From the NCBI GenBank assembly GCA_951406725.2, contig OX597824.1, positions 55,800,001-55,864,000 of the forward strand: a stretch of 64,000 nt of DNA, in the 5' to 3' direction. The translations under genes and the position numbers were made by a program. Under the pieces are notes generated by a model. The model had not been told where the DNA came from and ran no database searches. It saw nothing but the letters and a program-made list of their open reading frames with translations. The DNA comes from Octopus vulgaris (lineage: Eukaryota). Within the stretch, counting starts at the first letter, position 1. Every line of letters begins with the position of its first letter. Shown here in pieces: positions 11,444 through 24,943 of the stretch.

Positions 11444-13928
11444 GAGTAGTTGAATGAATTATCTTATTATGGATAATTCGGTTAATCGATACCTGGGTAG
11501 CAAATTCACGCCAGAAAAACACGGTTGAAGCTACATGCCTAGGGCAGAGATCATGTGCTATCGTGTGGAAATTTGTGTTTTTTTTTGTTTTTTTTTAAAT
11601 ACAAATAAATGAAAGAATGGAGTTGAATGACGAATTAACAAAATTCCTTTATTTTCGACATATATTTCGAAGGCTGCATATTCCTAATTTCGAAGGCTGC
11701 ATATTCCTAATTTCGAAGGAATAAGGGGTGCATTATGCCGCCTTCTCATCAGGAAAAACAAGGAACTTATGTCAGCATCTAGATGCACAAAAACTTTTAG
11801 ATGACTGCCCACATGGAGCCCATAGCGATAATGAGTGTTTCTTTAAAATATTCCGTTATAAGCAGTGACATCAAAAATGGTTGAATGTAGAAGATTCTAG
11901 AAGGTCCAAGGGTTCAAACAAGGTTGGAGGAGAGAGACCTAAGAATAGGAAGGTGATAGGGTGCAGGTCATATGAATGGTGATTTTGTTGTTTTCTTTTG
12001 TGAATGAGTGCCTATGTGTGTGTATGTATATAACTGCATTAATGTCTATGTGTGTGTATGTGTGTGCGTGATTGTGTGTGTGGATGGGTAGATGCCAAAA
12101 ACAGACAGTGGTGAAGTGACAGGTTTGTGTCTGTGTGTTTGATTGTGCTTACTATAGAGAGAGGGAAAGAGAGAGAGAGAGGAGGGCGAGTTAGAGAGAC
12201 AAAGGTAAAACATACCTCAATGGGTTGGGTAGTAGTCCTTTAAGAGTATAAAAATTGACTATGGGGGTGATGTATAAGCGGGACTATATTATTAAAATTC
12301 AAGGAGGTTATCTATATTAATCATTATTCATATGAGTGAAAGGTGTGTTTTTGCCAGTGCATGCATCTATAGGATTTCTCGACCATTGTATTTATTAAAG
12401 GGACTTTAGCGAACAATATATGGAAAAGTTCGGAATTACAGACGCCACAAAATTTTCTGCCCTTATCAAACGGAAAGGATACAGACAATATGGACCATTC
12501 CAGCTTGAAAGTTGTATTGCTGTCCTTAAGACGCCAAACTAATTTACTTAGTCCTGTGCTGTGTTGTTTTCTCTTATCTCGGAAAGTTGAATAATGATTG
12601 GAGATCCTGTGGGCTAATTTAGAAGTAGTTGCCCCAATGTAGAAGAAGACATTGGTACCGGAAGAAATTTTGCACTGGTAAATGGAATTTATAATTTTGG
12701 AATTGCTGGATAAGAACTTTAATCTGTTAGGGTTTACCTCCGAGACTAAGACGGAGTTTTTATTGTTATGATTGGTGTTAATATTATTGCTAGGATTGAC
12801 CACAATACTATTCATATTATTATCATTACTATTAATTGTACTATCGTCAGCAATTTCCCTGACTATAGGAATGCTGGGGTTGTTATCATCAATACTACCA
12901 CTGTTATTAGAAATGCTGTCGTTATTACCACTAACACTACCACTGTTAATAATCCGACTAAAATTATTATTAATATTACTATTGTTAATGCCAACGCTGC
13001 TATGAATGTTGCTATTATCAATACTATTTCTATTATTATTATTATTATGTGTTTGGTTGGAATTGGTAAGGGCAGTGTCGCTACTCCCTGGTGATGAGTC
13101 CTTATTTAGCAGCTTGTTATTATGGGAAGCAATGATCTGCGATAGATTTCAAGTGTTGGAGAATGCAATCCTTACCTTATGTGAATTGATAGTAGAGTAA
13201 TACCTAGAATTCCTGGGAAAGTTCCTAGTTACGGCTTCACGGAACTGTAAAGGGAGGTTAGACCTGATTTATTTCCCAAATGGAATGACAAACCAGATAT
13301 AGTTTTTTTTGGACTTAGAATAGTTCAGAGTGTTACCATTTACATTAAAGGGGGTATTTCTGTATTGGAGAATTGGTGTTGGTTTTCAATTGCCTTCCCT
13401 GGTCCGTAAATTATTTTTGTTAAGTATAGTGGTGTCAACGTTGTTAGAGCTGAAATCATTATTTACATTATTTCTATTGTTATTAGTTTTCTTATCCTGA
13501 GAAGCATATATCGGTTTAGAATGGGCCGGGTCAATATATGATACCTTATCTCTATAACCGGCTTTTGACAAGGCGGCGTTATAAAATTCCGCTTTTTGGT
13601 TAAAGATGTCGACATTAGCAGATAAATTTGATAGTCTTAAGGATATATTTTTAACTAAATTATCGGTGATAGTTTTGGCATGGTTACTGAAAATGCTGAT
13701 ATATTTAAGATTAGTAGAAGACTTATGATAAGGGAAGTAAGAATTATTCTGCAGATTTAGGGTAACATCTAAGAAGTTGGCTTTAGTTAATTCGTCGTCA
13801 AAAACTATGCTCAAGCCCATTATGCTAAAAAATCTAGCTAATCTGTTTTTAGTCTTCTGTATCATATTGTTCGGAGCATTCTGTAGGTAAAGTAGACAAT
13901 CGTCTCGATACAGACCGCCATATACATC

Positions 13929-13930
<2 letters not shown>
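11441..13930 (-). mobile_element. Penelope-like element (Neptune-like), 5'-truncated, in (TA)n
   Basis: RT GLYRDD...NFLDVTLNL, thumb IWFVIPF...HNNKLL, GIY-YIG (IYQC...YIGAT...RISNH) and C-terminal CGVC...CMH. The 3' pseudo-LTR is homologous to 56840-57160. Confidence 0.88.
11646..11763 (-). ncRNA. Type I hammerhead ribozyme in the Penelope pseudo-LTR
   Basis: CCTTGTTTTTC-CTGATGA-GAAGGC...GCCTTC-GAAA-TATATG-TC-GAAAATAAAGG. A 23-bp tandem duplication lies in stem II. Confidence 0.8.
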
Positions 13931-13963
<33 letters not shown>

Positions 13964-14074
13964 ACACAGTTTGTGTGTCATATAGCTATCTTAAGGTGAT
14001 GGCCTCATGGAGCTAATCAGCGACAGCTTTTAGTCTTATATCTATAAGATTGCCATATTAATATGGCAATAACA

Positions 14075-14119
<45 letters not shown>

Positions 14120-14169
14120 CATATATATACATGTGTGTGTATATATATATATACCTCCATATACATACA

Positions 14170-14415
14170 ATAGAGAGATGTTTTTCTTTCACTTTTAACA
14201 CATAATACTGAAATAGTGGAGAAGATGTGATATTGCTGTGGGCTTGCTCTAGGCAAGAAGTTAAACATTATTTTTACTCCTGACACTACATTGACCCTAA
14301 GTAAGGCATGTGTCAAATTTGAATGAAATTGGTTGTGTAGTTCTCAAATTTTAGGGATTCACACAGACAGACAGACACACACACACACACACACATTCTC
14401 AGTTTTATATATATA
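14170..14415 (-). mobile_element. 5' part of a second, tandem Helitron copy
   Basis: Direct repeat of about 15220-15575, abutting the CTAG of the next copy. Confidence 0.6.
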
Positions 14416-15579
14416 CTAGCATTAAAGACCCGTTGTTGCCGGGTCATAGTGCTAGTGCATGTATATATGTGTTTATATATGTGTACATATTACATGTACA
14501 TCTATATATATACATCTACACATAAAATACAAAATACAAAGTTATATCTTGATATCGCTAGTGATAACAATACTCAAAATATATAACAGACTGGAATTGT
14601 TAGCCTGTCTCTTGTAATTTCGATCAATTGTATCTTGTCCTCCCTCTTGTATAGAAGTGTGGCTACAATCCAGCCTACCTCTACTTCGGGGGTGGGGGGG
14701 GGCATTTAAAAGTTTTTTCCGGCATGTCCTACGTCCCAGATATAAAGGTAAAAAATAAAATATTTCCACTTTGCAAGTTCGAGTCGAGTACTCCCTTGCG
14801 CGCTCCGTTGACTCGAACCTTGCTTCTATTGTGGCAAATTTACCGCCTCTGATTAGATATCTTTCATAGTCGCACCAAGACACTTTTCCTCCATGTGTTC
14901 AAATTTTATTTTTTCTCTACATTGTATACTTTATAGATAATAGTCTTTTCTTTAATTTAATTTTTTATTATCCATCTGGACTATTCCATTTCTGCACGCT
15001 AATTTTATTTTTAATTTATTCCCATTCTTGTGAAACGACTTATTCAAGTTCAAATCATTGATGCGATTTTATACCAATTGCTATTTTTACTTTTGTTATG
15101 TTACAATTATATTATACTTTAGTTTGATTTTAATTATTACTTACTACATATAATTCAATTGTTATTATTATTTTTATTGTTAAAGTGAAAGTATCTGACA
15201 TAAAATAGAGAAACGTTTTTGTTTCGCTTTTAACACGTAATACTGAAATAGAGGAGAAGATATGATATTGCTATGGGCTCGCTCTAGGAAAGAAGTTGAA
15301 CATTTTTTTTTTTTGCCCATGAAACTACATGGACCCTAAGTAAGGCATGTGTAAAATTTGAATGGAATTGGTTGTGTAGTTCTCAAGTTTTAGGGAATCG
15401 TAGTGGAGAAGATATGATATTGCTGTGGGCTCGCCCTAGGCAAAAAGTTAAAAATTTACCGATGACACTCCCCGGACCCTAAGTAAGGCATGTGTAAAAT
15501 TTGAATGAAAGTGGTTGTGTAGTTCTCAAGTTTTAGGGAGACAGACAGACACACATACTCAGTTTTATATATATAAAGA
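14416..15579 (-). mobile_element. Non-autonomous Helitron
   Basis: Minus strand A|TC...hairpin ACCCGGCAACAACGGGT...CTAG|T, no TSD, internal duplicated module at about 15245-15540. Confidence 0.75.
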
Positions 15580-15816
15580 TAGATAGATAGCTATATGAAA
15601 AGATGGGGTGTATTTCCACACAGGAAAAAATAGAGGAAATTTTTGTTTTTGAAAATGCACTTGAATTTGAAAAACTTGTAATTGTTTTTAAATAAATTTA
15701 TTTACATACATACCGAACTTTCAACAATTTTTTGTAGAAAACATATTTAAATGATTAAATTTGCAATTTTACAACCTAAAGGCAGAAATATATATCTCAC
15801 TATAGTAAACAAGGGC

Positions 15817-15853
<37 letters not shown>

Positions 15854-15872
15854 GCTATCTGTCTATCTATCT

Positions 15873-15960
<88 letters not shown>

Positions 15961-16057
15961 CGGGAAGCTTTATGAAAATAGACAGAAGACGAAGGCAGGT
16001 GGAAAACAAACAAACAATTGTATTAGTATGGCGCTCAGGAAATATAAATAAAACAAG

Positions 16058-16095
16058 TCTTTAACGTTTCGAGCCTACGCTCTTCAACAGAAAGA
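16058..16095 (-). ncRNA. Minimal hammerhead-like motif with CUGUUGA core
   Basis: TCTTT-CTGTTGA-A-GAGC GTAG GCTC-GAAAC-GT-T-AAAGA, within a short repeat at about 15960-16215. Decayed + strand copies at about 26695-26733 and 27490-27530. Confidence 0.6.
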
Positions 16096-16249
16096 TACAC
16101 AGAGAAAAAAACACAGAAAGAAGGAGAGAAAAAATGCGTGCAGTAACTAACGAATCAACATGGCGATCTGATTTCGGCCAGAAGTCAAAGATCAAACATG
16201 AGACGCGAGAGCGAAATTAGGGGAGATAATAGGGTTGAATGACCGCTCC

Positions 16250-16662
16250 AACATAAGGGTGTGTGTGTGTGTGTGTGTATGAGAGAGTATTAGTGCGTAT
16301 GAGAGGTCTGGACGTGTGTATGTATAGGGTTGGTGTATGTATTAGTATGTATAAGGGTGTGTGTGTGTGTGTGTGTGTGTATGAGAGAGTATTAGTGCGT
16401 ATGAGAGGTCTGGACATGTGTATGTATAGGGTTGGTGTATGTATTAGTATGTATTAGTATGTATAAGGGTGTGTGTGTGTGTGTATGAGAGAGTATTAGT
16501 GCGTATGAGAGGTCTGGACGTGTGTATGTATAGGGTTGGTGTATGTATTAGTATGTATTAGTATGTATTAGTATGTATTAGTATGTATAAGGGTGTGTGT
16601 ATGAGAGAGTATTAGTGCGTATGAGAGGTCTGGACGTGTGTATGTATAGGGTTGGTGTATGT
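16250..16662. repeat. Minisatellite, unit about 95-120 bp
   Basis: Four copies of ATAAGGG(TG)nATGAGAGAGTATTAGTGCGTATGAGAGGTCTGGACGTG... Confidence 0.9.
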
Positions 16663-16663
16663 A

Positions 16664-17227
16664 ACTTTATAATTGGGGTCCAGCAAAGGTTTGCTTTACA
16701 ACATACCGAAGTTTAGAAATAGCAGTCAAAAAACCTTAGCTATTTCTTCTACTTTTAAAAGGGACTCCCAGAAAAACCAAAATACTTGAAAACAATCTAT
16801 GTAGGCAGAGAGGAAAAATAACGAAAATCAATCCATATCTGGTTACCCATGTACGCGCGTTTCGGAATTAGATCGGTATAAAGAATATAGATTTATACTT
16901 TACCCAACCATTTTCGTTCATCAGCATGGGATTCCAACAATATTAAATATTAAATATTAAATATTAAATTCGAAGGCACTGGAAGAATTGAATATATCTC
17001 TCCACCTAACGGTATCAGACAGATCGTATTCAGTGTTAGTGCCGCCGAATTCAAAATACGAATGAAGTTCATCACCTTCCCCTGCCCAACAGCGCGTGTG
17101 GCAAGTAAGATGCTACAGAAAAAAACTGCAGTTTTAAAGTAGAAGAAATAGCTAAGGTTTTTTGACTGCTATTTCTAAGATTCGGTATGTGGTAAAGCAA
17201 ACCTTTGCTGAACCCTAATTATAAAGT
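16664..17227. repeat. Inverted repeat (about 95-bp arms) enclosing a hammerhead; pseudo-LTR-like
   Basis: ACTTTATAATT...TACTTTTAAAA versus TTTTAAAGTAGAAG...AATTATAAAGT. Confidence 0.8.
16846..16930 (-). ncRNA. Type I hammerhead ribozyme
   Basis: CCCATG-CTGATGA-ACGAA...ATTCC-GAAAC-GCGC-GT-A-CATGGG: perfect 6-bp stem I, palindromic stem III, one mismatch at the base of stem II. Confidence 0.8.
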
Positions 17228-17673
17228 ATTACTTAAGTTTACCGTGAAATGGACTTTTTTCATACCGAATTCTACTTGGTGAAATTATTGATTACTTCTT
17301 AATTAATAAATTTTACCCTTTGTTATTATATATATATATAGATGATGATATAGTGCATATATATATATATATATGTTGTGTCGATGCCTCCAGATGATGA
17401 AATAGGCTAGCCCAATACATAGATATAGAGGGAGAAGTCTAGACGTTGAGGAGTTGATATAACAATATATATATATACAGATGATGATGATGATGATAGA
17501 TAGATATAGATTATTTTGTTTTTATATGTGGTTTGCAAGATTTGTGATGTGGATTCATGAGTTGAAGCATATTTTATTGTCTGGGGAAAGTCATTCTCCT
17601 TTAGTGCCTTATTAATTTAAATTTATAGAAATTAATAAGTTAGGCAAATGGATAAACATGTGTGTGTGTGTGC

Positions 17674-17724
<51 letters not shown>

Positions 17725-19100
17725 CGTGCGTGTGCGTGTGTGTGTGTATGTGCATGTATGTATGTATGTATGTATGTACGTATAGCATACAGATTAGCTG
17801 CATGTTGCTGCTTGCAAACAGGTTTTCTTGTTCTGCTTGCTGCAAGTAGCAGGTCTGATCACAAGTTATCAATGCTTTGTCTTGCTCTTACAGCCAATGA
17901 AATGATTAATCATTAGTCCTGTGATACACACACACATGTACGCACACATGCATGCATGCACACATGCACACACACTCCCACACATGCACAAACTATCAGA
18001 AATATATGCTCATGTCATTTACTTTTGTTTTATTGATGCTAATTAATCCAGAAAATGACTCAGCTTATTTTTGGTGGTGGGTGGGGGTGATGCAGTAATT
18101 AATGATTTTATATAGTAATTTGGTGTATGTTTCTGTCTGTGTGGATAAGTCTTTGTGTGTTTATGGATGTTTGTGTGTGTGTTTGTGTGTGTCTCTAGGA
18201 GTGTCCTATGTAGGGAATTGTGGTCATTTTGTGATGGCACAGTGCTTGAGTGAATTATTTACAGTTGTTATAGTTTAACCTGAGGTGAGCTCTAATCATG
18301 TTTTTTTGATCAAAGGCATTCCAACCATGACCTTCATCTCTTTTAACACTTTCTGTACAGTGTTTCTCCTGGTTTATGTAATATTAAAATGGTTTTCTCA
18401 ATGGTGCATCACAAATCTATGATATTTTCCTGTGGGGTGTCTAATTTATGTCTGAGGAGAGAGGAGTTATGTCTAACCAAGTTGGTAAGAAAGTGCTGAT
18501 ACCTTGGCAGATGGTAAAAGTTGATATTTCACATCTCACTAGTAGTGTTGTGTTACATCCACATTTAGATTTTCAGGAAGTGCTATTACTCCAGGTTTTA
18601 CCCATAAAATGACATATAATCCTACATACCTCTAAAAAAGGATGATCATTGCAGGAAGGCTCAATCAGGCTTGTGCTAGGGTTAAATAACAACAAAGACA
18701 GTAATATAATTTGTCACCCATATACAGCAAGTTGTCATAGATGTTTGTCCATCTCTTTATGTCTCTCTCTTTCATTCACACACACACATGCACACACTGC
18801 AACACACCAACACACACAACTGTCCAGTAGCTGCTTGTTACTTTTAACTCTGCAAAAACTAAATTTCTTTCCATTAATCGTCACAGGAATTATGATGATA
18901 TTCCTATTTCTATGTCTCATAATGCTCTTCCTTGAGTCTTTTACTCTTTGTATTTTAGTTCACACTTTTTCTAAACTTCTAAGTTGCAATGATCATACTA
19001 AATTATCATCATCATTCAATGTCCATGTTCCATGCTGGCATAGGGTAAGATGAGCTGAAATAATCTATATCTAAAAGAATGAAAGTTAGTTCTTTATGTC

Positions 19101-22007
19101 TGTAGTGAACCCTGGCAGTCAAACAGGAAAGCAAAATGGAAAAGGAATTTAATGAGAGTAATCTCCCTTGACCTTCTAGAAAGTTCTTGAACATTCTAGA
19201 AGCTTCCGATTGATGTGGAAGTCGGGGACTTCCGGTTCATCCCTTATATAAAGGAACAAATTTCTAAATTCGCGCCACTCAGTGTCTGCTGACTCTTAGA
19301 CTGGCATTGAGTCAGGCCACTGAATACACATCCGCTCGTGTGTATGCTTTCCTTACTTACTTGGAGACATGTGATTGGAAGAAGAATATGTACATGTGAT
19401 GTTACAAGCTTTCCTTCAATTAACCTTATATATTAACGCATTATTTCCAGTAATAAATATGTTATGACTTATGACAAATGTCTCGCGAATTCCTATTTTC
19501 TTGTTATTACGTACAAGATGGTGACCCCTCTTTTTCTCATGCTCATTAAATTATAGGGTATCATTTAATCGACATTTCACTAATAAATGGCCCAACGTCA
19601 GGATATTTTCTCTTGTTCAAGTGAACCTCTAGAATTTGTTTTCTTCACCTCGAACTTGTACCTAACAGAGTATGCATTCTTCTTACCAGGAAATGCATGG
19701 TATTCTTTCAAATAATCTCCTTTTGAAGCAATTTTCTCTCACAATGTCGACTGTCAACGTTTTATGCCAGTAAATTCATGGAGTTTTTTCCAACATGGCA
19801 TTCGTCTTCATCTTCCTCACTGGTTTTTCCCATGCAATTACCACTCTGAGCAGGCACAGTGGATGTGCGCACCAAATATCGGGAGTTCTCTATTGCATTG
19901 GATTGTCTTGAATTTTCCACATGGCTGGAATTCAACAGCCATGCACACGAACTGTGTTGTTAGCAATACCACTAATACTGTCACCACCTCAACCTTTGTA
20001 CCAGATCACAATGCTAACATCACCACTGCCACAGCTTCAATACTAATTTCTAATCGTTCCTGCTCCATCTTCTATATAGCAACCAATTTTGTAACCTTCT
20101 ACAGCAAATTTCAGTCACTCTGAGCACCACACAGTTGGATGGCACTTCAAACAGCTTCCTAATCTGAAATGCGACATTTAATATTTCACCAACCATGCAT
20201 TTCTTAACAGCATTCATTGTAACAGTTATTCAATGAACTGAACATTTTGCATGCTTTCTTGTTTCTTCTTCCTATCTTTTCAGCTTCATCATGAGCTTTT
20301 CTGTTCCAATTTCTTTCTTTTATTGCATTTTTTCTTGCATTTTCTAAGACTTTCATGTACATCCATTCTGTAACATGCCTTTTGACAGTGTGAAATGCCC
20401 TCTATTCAGCACCTCACTTTGCACATTTAGTTTCTGATGCGCAGCTTTCACTAGGAGATACTGCATGAGACTCTGCAGCCGGTGTTGTTTCATAGTGCTT
20501 TCAGCAGTTACACTTGCACTTAATTTTATTGTTCAATGTTCATACATACATACATACACACATACATGCTCTCTGCCTCATGCTATCCAATCCCACACAT
20601 TTCTAGGTTTATTCTAGCAGAATGCTTTTCTCAAGCCCTTCTTATCTAGCAAAAAGCTCCTGATGTGTTTATGCCATGTGTTTCTTCTCTGGTTTGTAGG
20701 ACGCACACACTACCACTTATAAATGCATTTTTTTCTTTGCATCACGTAGCGTTCCATGCATTTTCTTCCTTTGGTGCCTGATCAACACCAAGTCTCTTGC
20801 ATGTTGGAACTTCCTTCTTTTGCCGCCATCCTTATGGTTTGACTCGCTTTTCTAGTCACTGTCGCTTTTCTAGCACCTACACTCTTTCAGCCTCTGCAAG
20901 CGACCCACTGCTCTTACAGGTAAAATCTTGGCACTGCTTGTGTCTCAGCAGCCAACATTGCGCTCTCTTACACTTTGACTTTTGCATCCTGTGATTTCCA
21001 GTTTCCTAGACAATTGTTATCATGCTTGTAAGTCTGGTTTCGCTTGCTCTGTCTCACAGAAACCACCTTCCTGGGCAGCAAGCTATGAAGACCTTCCTTC
21101 AGCTTCCTTTTTGTAGTGTTACATATTTAATATGCTGCATACATCCTATTCTGGACCTTATCATCTACTGTTGCACTCACACAAAAATTATCCAGAACTA
21201 TGTATATTTAACTTACTATTTCTTTTACAAAGAACGTTTATTCACAAACATTTTACCCATGCATGTTTCACATTGTATTTCCATTTTGCCATGTTTTGCA
21301 TTTAGTTTGATGTGCATAGCTGTGTAGCTAAAGGTTTGCTGCACCAAACTCTGCAATTATATTCAGTACCTATCACAATGCATGTATTGATTTTCTCCTA
21401 TTTTACAACTTGTTTTGCAAGCACATGTTTCTGCTACTTCGTTTTGCTTCATATCTGCCCTGGATTACTACAATGATTTTGCTTATTGACTGCTCATCTG
21501 AGGAGGGAGTTATATAGTGTACCCTGGCGGTCAAGCAAGAAAGAAAAAGGAAAAAGTATTTAATGAGAGTAATCCCCCTCGACCTTCTAGAAAGTTCTCG
21601 AACATTCTAGAAGCTTCTGGTTGATGTGGAAGTCAGGGACTTCTGGTTCATCCTTTATATAAAGGAACAAATTTCTGAATTCACACCACTCAGTGTCTGC
21701 TGATTCTTAAACCGGCACTGAGTCAGGCTGCTGCATACACATCCGTTTGCACATACGTTCGCTTCACTTACTTGGAGACATGTGATTGCACGAAGAATAT
21801 GTTCATGTAATGTTACAAGCTTTTCTTCAATTAACCTTATATGTTAACGCATTATTTCCAGTAATAAATATGTTATCACTTATGACAAATGTCTCGCGAA
21901 TTCCTATTTTCTTGTTATTACATACAAGACCCCTATTACATACAAGACCCCTCTTCCTCTCATGTTCATTAAATTATAGAATGTCATTTAATTGACATTT
22001 CACTATA
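19101..22007 (+). mobile_element. Non-autonomous LTR element with both LTRs
   Basis: LTRs 19101-~19584 and 21513-22007; PBS-like TGGCCCAACGT at 19588 (degenerate tRNA-Lys); PPT GAGGAGGGAG at 21500; TSD TGTC/TATC. No gag or pol motifs seen. Confidence 0.85.
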
Positions 22008-23212
22008 TATCTATTAATATCTCATCATTATAAGTCTTTATTTGTCCTCATATTTTGTTACATTTGCCATTAATTTTGGGATACAGTCCATAATTTTGCT
22101 CTTACAGATACTTATATTGCATAGTTATAAATTGTTAACAATCTAAAACTATACTTTCACCTTAGCTCAATGGTCTCTTGTGTTTTAGTTAAGATCAAAG
22201 TATATAGTTTATGATTTGGAAAACTATCATCCTGTTACACAAATACATCTACACACATACACACACGTATATAATGTGCATAATGTGAGTATGTATATAT
22301 GTGTGTATGTGTGTGTGTGTGTGTATTTATATATATGTATATGTATTGTGTGCTAGAAGTGATGTAAAAATATTGTATATAGAGAAAAAAGGAGTTGCCA
22401 GAATTTTGCTTAAAAATTTTTTATTTATTCATTATTATTAGTGCTTTCGTTCATTTTCGAACTTATCAAATAAAATTGTGAATGTGTAAACAGGTTGTTC
22501 ATTTAAATAAGTCAGATGATTTTTTGTTTTGTTTAGAAGAGGAGAAAAATCTGATATATAACATTGGGATATTCTGACTTTACATATTTTTCTCATTTGT
22601 AAATATTGTTTGTACAAGCAAAACACAAAATTGAAAGAAACCTGGGGTTTTTTCAATACAAAACACCAAAGTTACACAAAGCACGAATGTATGGAAAAAC
22701 TCTCATAGAGCTTCTTATCTTTTTTTCTGACATCTTAAGAAAAAAGAACATGCAATATTACTGTTGTTTCTGTTCCAATATTTATAACATGATACTCATC
22801 TCTATAACACTGGGTTTTTTTGGTTAATGTTTACAACTTGACTCAGAAACGAAAATCAAAATAATAGTGCAATGGGTGTAAAAAAAATGTGTAGGAAACG
22901 AATATGAAAAAAAATGTGTGCAAAGCAATGGGGGGGTGGGGAGAGGACCTTCGAAAATTCACAAGATCCAAGTTTCTCTCTCATAACTTTTAGGAAAATG
23001 GGGTTTTTTTCAATGAAATTTTATAGAAATACCTTTCAATTGGCATACATTATGATTATAAAGAAATTTATGGGGAAAGGGGGTGGGGAGAAGACTTTGG
23101 AAAATTAACAAGATCCCAGTTTTTCCCTCATAACTGGATGTGTGTGTGTATGTATGTGTATATATATAAGTGTGTATATATATGTGTGTGTATATATATG
23201 TGTGTGTTTGTG

Positions 23213-23808
23213 CGGAATTCTGTTCTTGATTCGACGGTCATTCGGAATGCTCACAGCAGCCATATTCCTACCACTCTATGTCACGCTGGTGAGACCCATA
23301 TTGGAGTATGGGATTCAAGCCTCTTCTCCTTATCTCCTCAAAGACATACAGCATCTCGAAAGAGTCCAGAAGCTGGCTACCCGCATGGTTCATGGTCTCA
23401 AAAATTTGTCCTACGAAGAAAGGCTGAGGACGCTCGACCTTTATTCTCTTGAAAAACGCCACCGCCGTGGTGATCTCATTCTCGCCCACAACATCATAAG
23501 CGGAAAGTGTAACCTCTCGAAAGAGCTGTTCTTCACTCCTGCTCCAGAGCGTCGGCTGCGGGGTCATTCCGAAAAGCTCTACCTGCGACGATTTCATCTC
23601 AATCGAAGGAGAGGAGCTTTCTCCGTCCGGGTTGCGGATCCGTGGAACAAGCTGCCAGACGAGATGGTGAAGATGCCGACGACCGCTTTGTTCAAAGCCT
23701 CCCTTGACCTCAAGTGGCCTGAACTCTTTACATGAACACCACCCTGTACTTAACTCCATGTCCCCCTATATGGCCTTGCTATTTGCTTTTGAGCCAAATT
23801 AACTAACT

Positions 23809-23810
<2 letters not shown>
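23213..23810 (+). mobile_element. CR1-clade LINE 3' fragment
   Basis: LYVTLVRPILEYG...LERVQKLATRMV...RRRGDLI...FSVRVADPWNKLP, with a (CTAA)n tail. Confidence 0.9.
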
Positions 23811-23852
<42 letters not shown>

Positions 23853-23949
23853 ATCCAAACATGAAAACACAAAGAGAAAACACAACAACGCGAGGACGTG
23901 GAACAAGTATAGTATTATTGGATGCTCAGGAAGGAAGGGAAGAAGGAGG

Positions 23950-23984
23950 GTTTAACGTTTCGAGCGGAGCTCTTCGTCAGAAAC
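23950..23984 (-). ncRNA. Minimal type I hammerhead ribozyme
   Basis: GTTT-CTGACGA-A-GAGC TCC GCTC-GAAAC-GT-T-AAAC, canonical CUGANGA/GAAA core. Confidence 0.75.
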
Positions 23985-24887
23985 ATAGGAAAAGGATATA
24001 TAAATGCATATATATATATGTATGTATCTATATAGATGTATGTATATAATAGATGTATGTATATAATATATGTATATATATATAATATATGTATATATAT
24101 ATATAATATATGTATTTATCTCTCTATATATATAGAGAGAAAGTAATAACGAGTGAATAAGAATAACAACAGAAGGGTTAAAAATGCGTAAAAATAATTG
24201 AAGATAAAATGAAACAAAATTGAAGCCAAAACATTAAAAATTATTGCAAGTGGGTAGAAATAAACATTAGGTAGTATAGTAGTACTATCCTAGGATATCT
24301 GTAGAAAGTTGAATGGGATTTTGGAATATAATGAAGAAAAATTTGAATCTTGGGAATTTTCTGAAAGTCCTCTCCCTACCTCAAGATTTTCCCCTCAAAT
24401 TACTTTATAATCATAATGTATACCGTTTGAAAGGTATTTATATAAAATTTCATTGAATAAGACCCCTATTTCCTAAAAGTTATGAGTGAAAAACTTGGAT
24501 CTTGCGAATTTTCCGAGGTCCTCTCCCCACCCTCCTGTTGCTTTGCATGCATTTTTTCCATATTCGTTTCCCACACATTTTTTTACACCTGTTGCACTAT
24601 TTTTTCCTGATTTTCATTTCTGGGTCAAGTTATAAACATTAACCATTTTTTTCTAATTAGTTTGTTCATGCAAAAACATGAAATTAAAAGAAACCTAACT
24701 TTATTTTTCAATGCAAAACATCAAAATTACACAATGTAGACATAAACATTTCTATACACATGAACTCACACACATGCACATGCATGCACACACATATACA
24801 CATGTATGCACTCACGCACACACACATACACATGTACACATATATATATATATATACACACATATATATATATATATACACATATAT

Positions 24888-24943
<56 letters not shown>

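Larger units (their letters stand above)
22822..24644. mobile_element. Long-TIR fold-back DNA element (GG termini, 8-bp TSD)
   Basis: GGTTAATGTTTACAACTTGAC... / ...GTCAAGTTATAAACATTAACC, modular arms of about 300 bp, TSD GTTTTTTT/ATTTTTTT. Confidence 0.75.
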
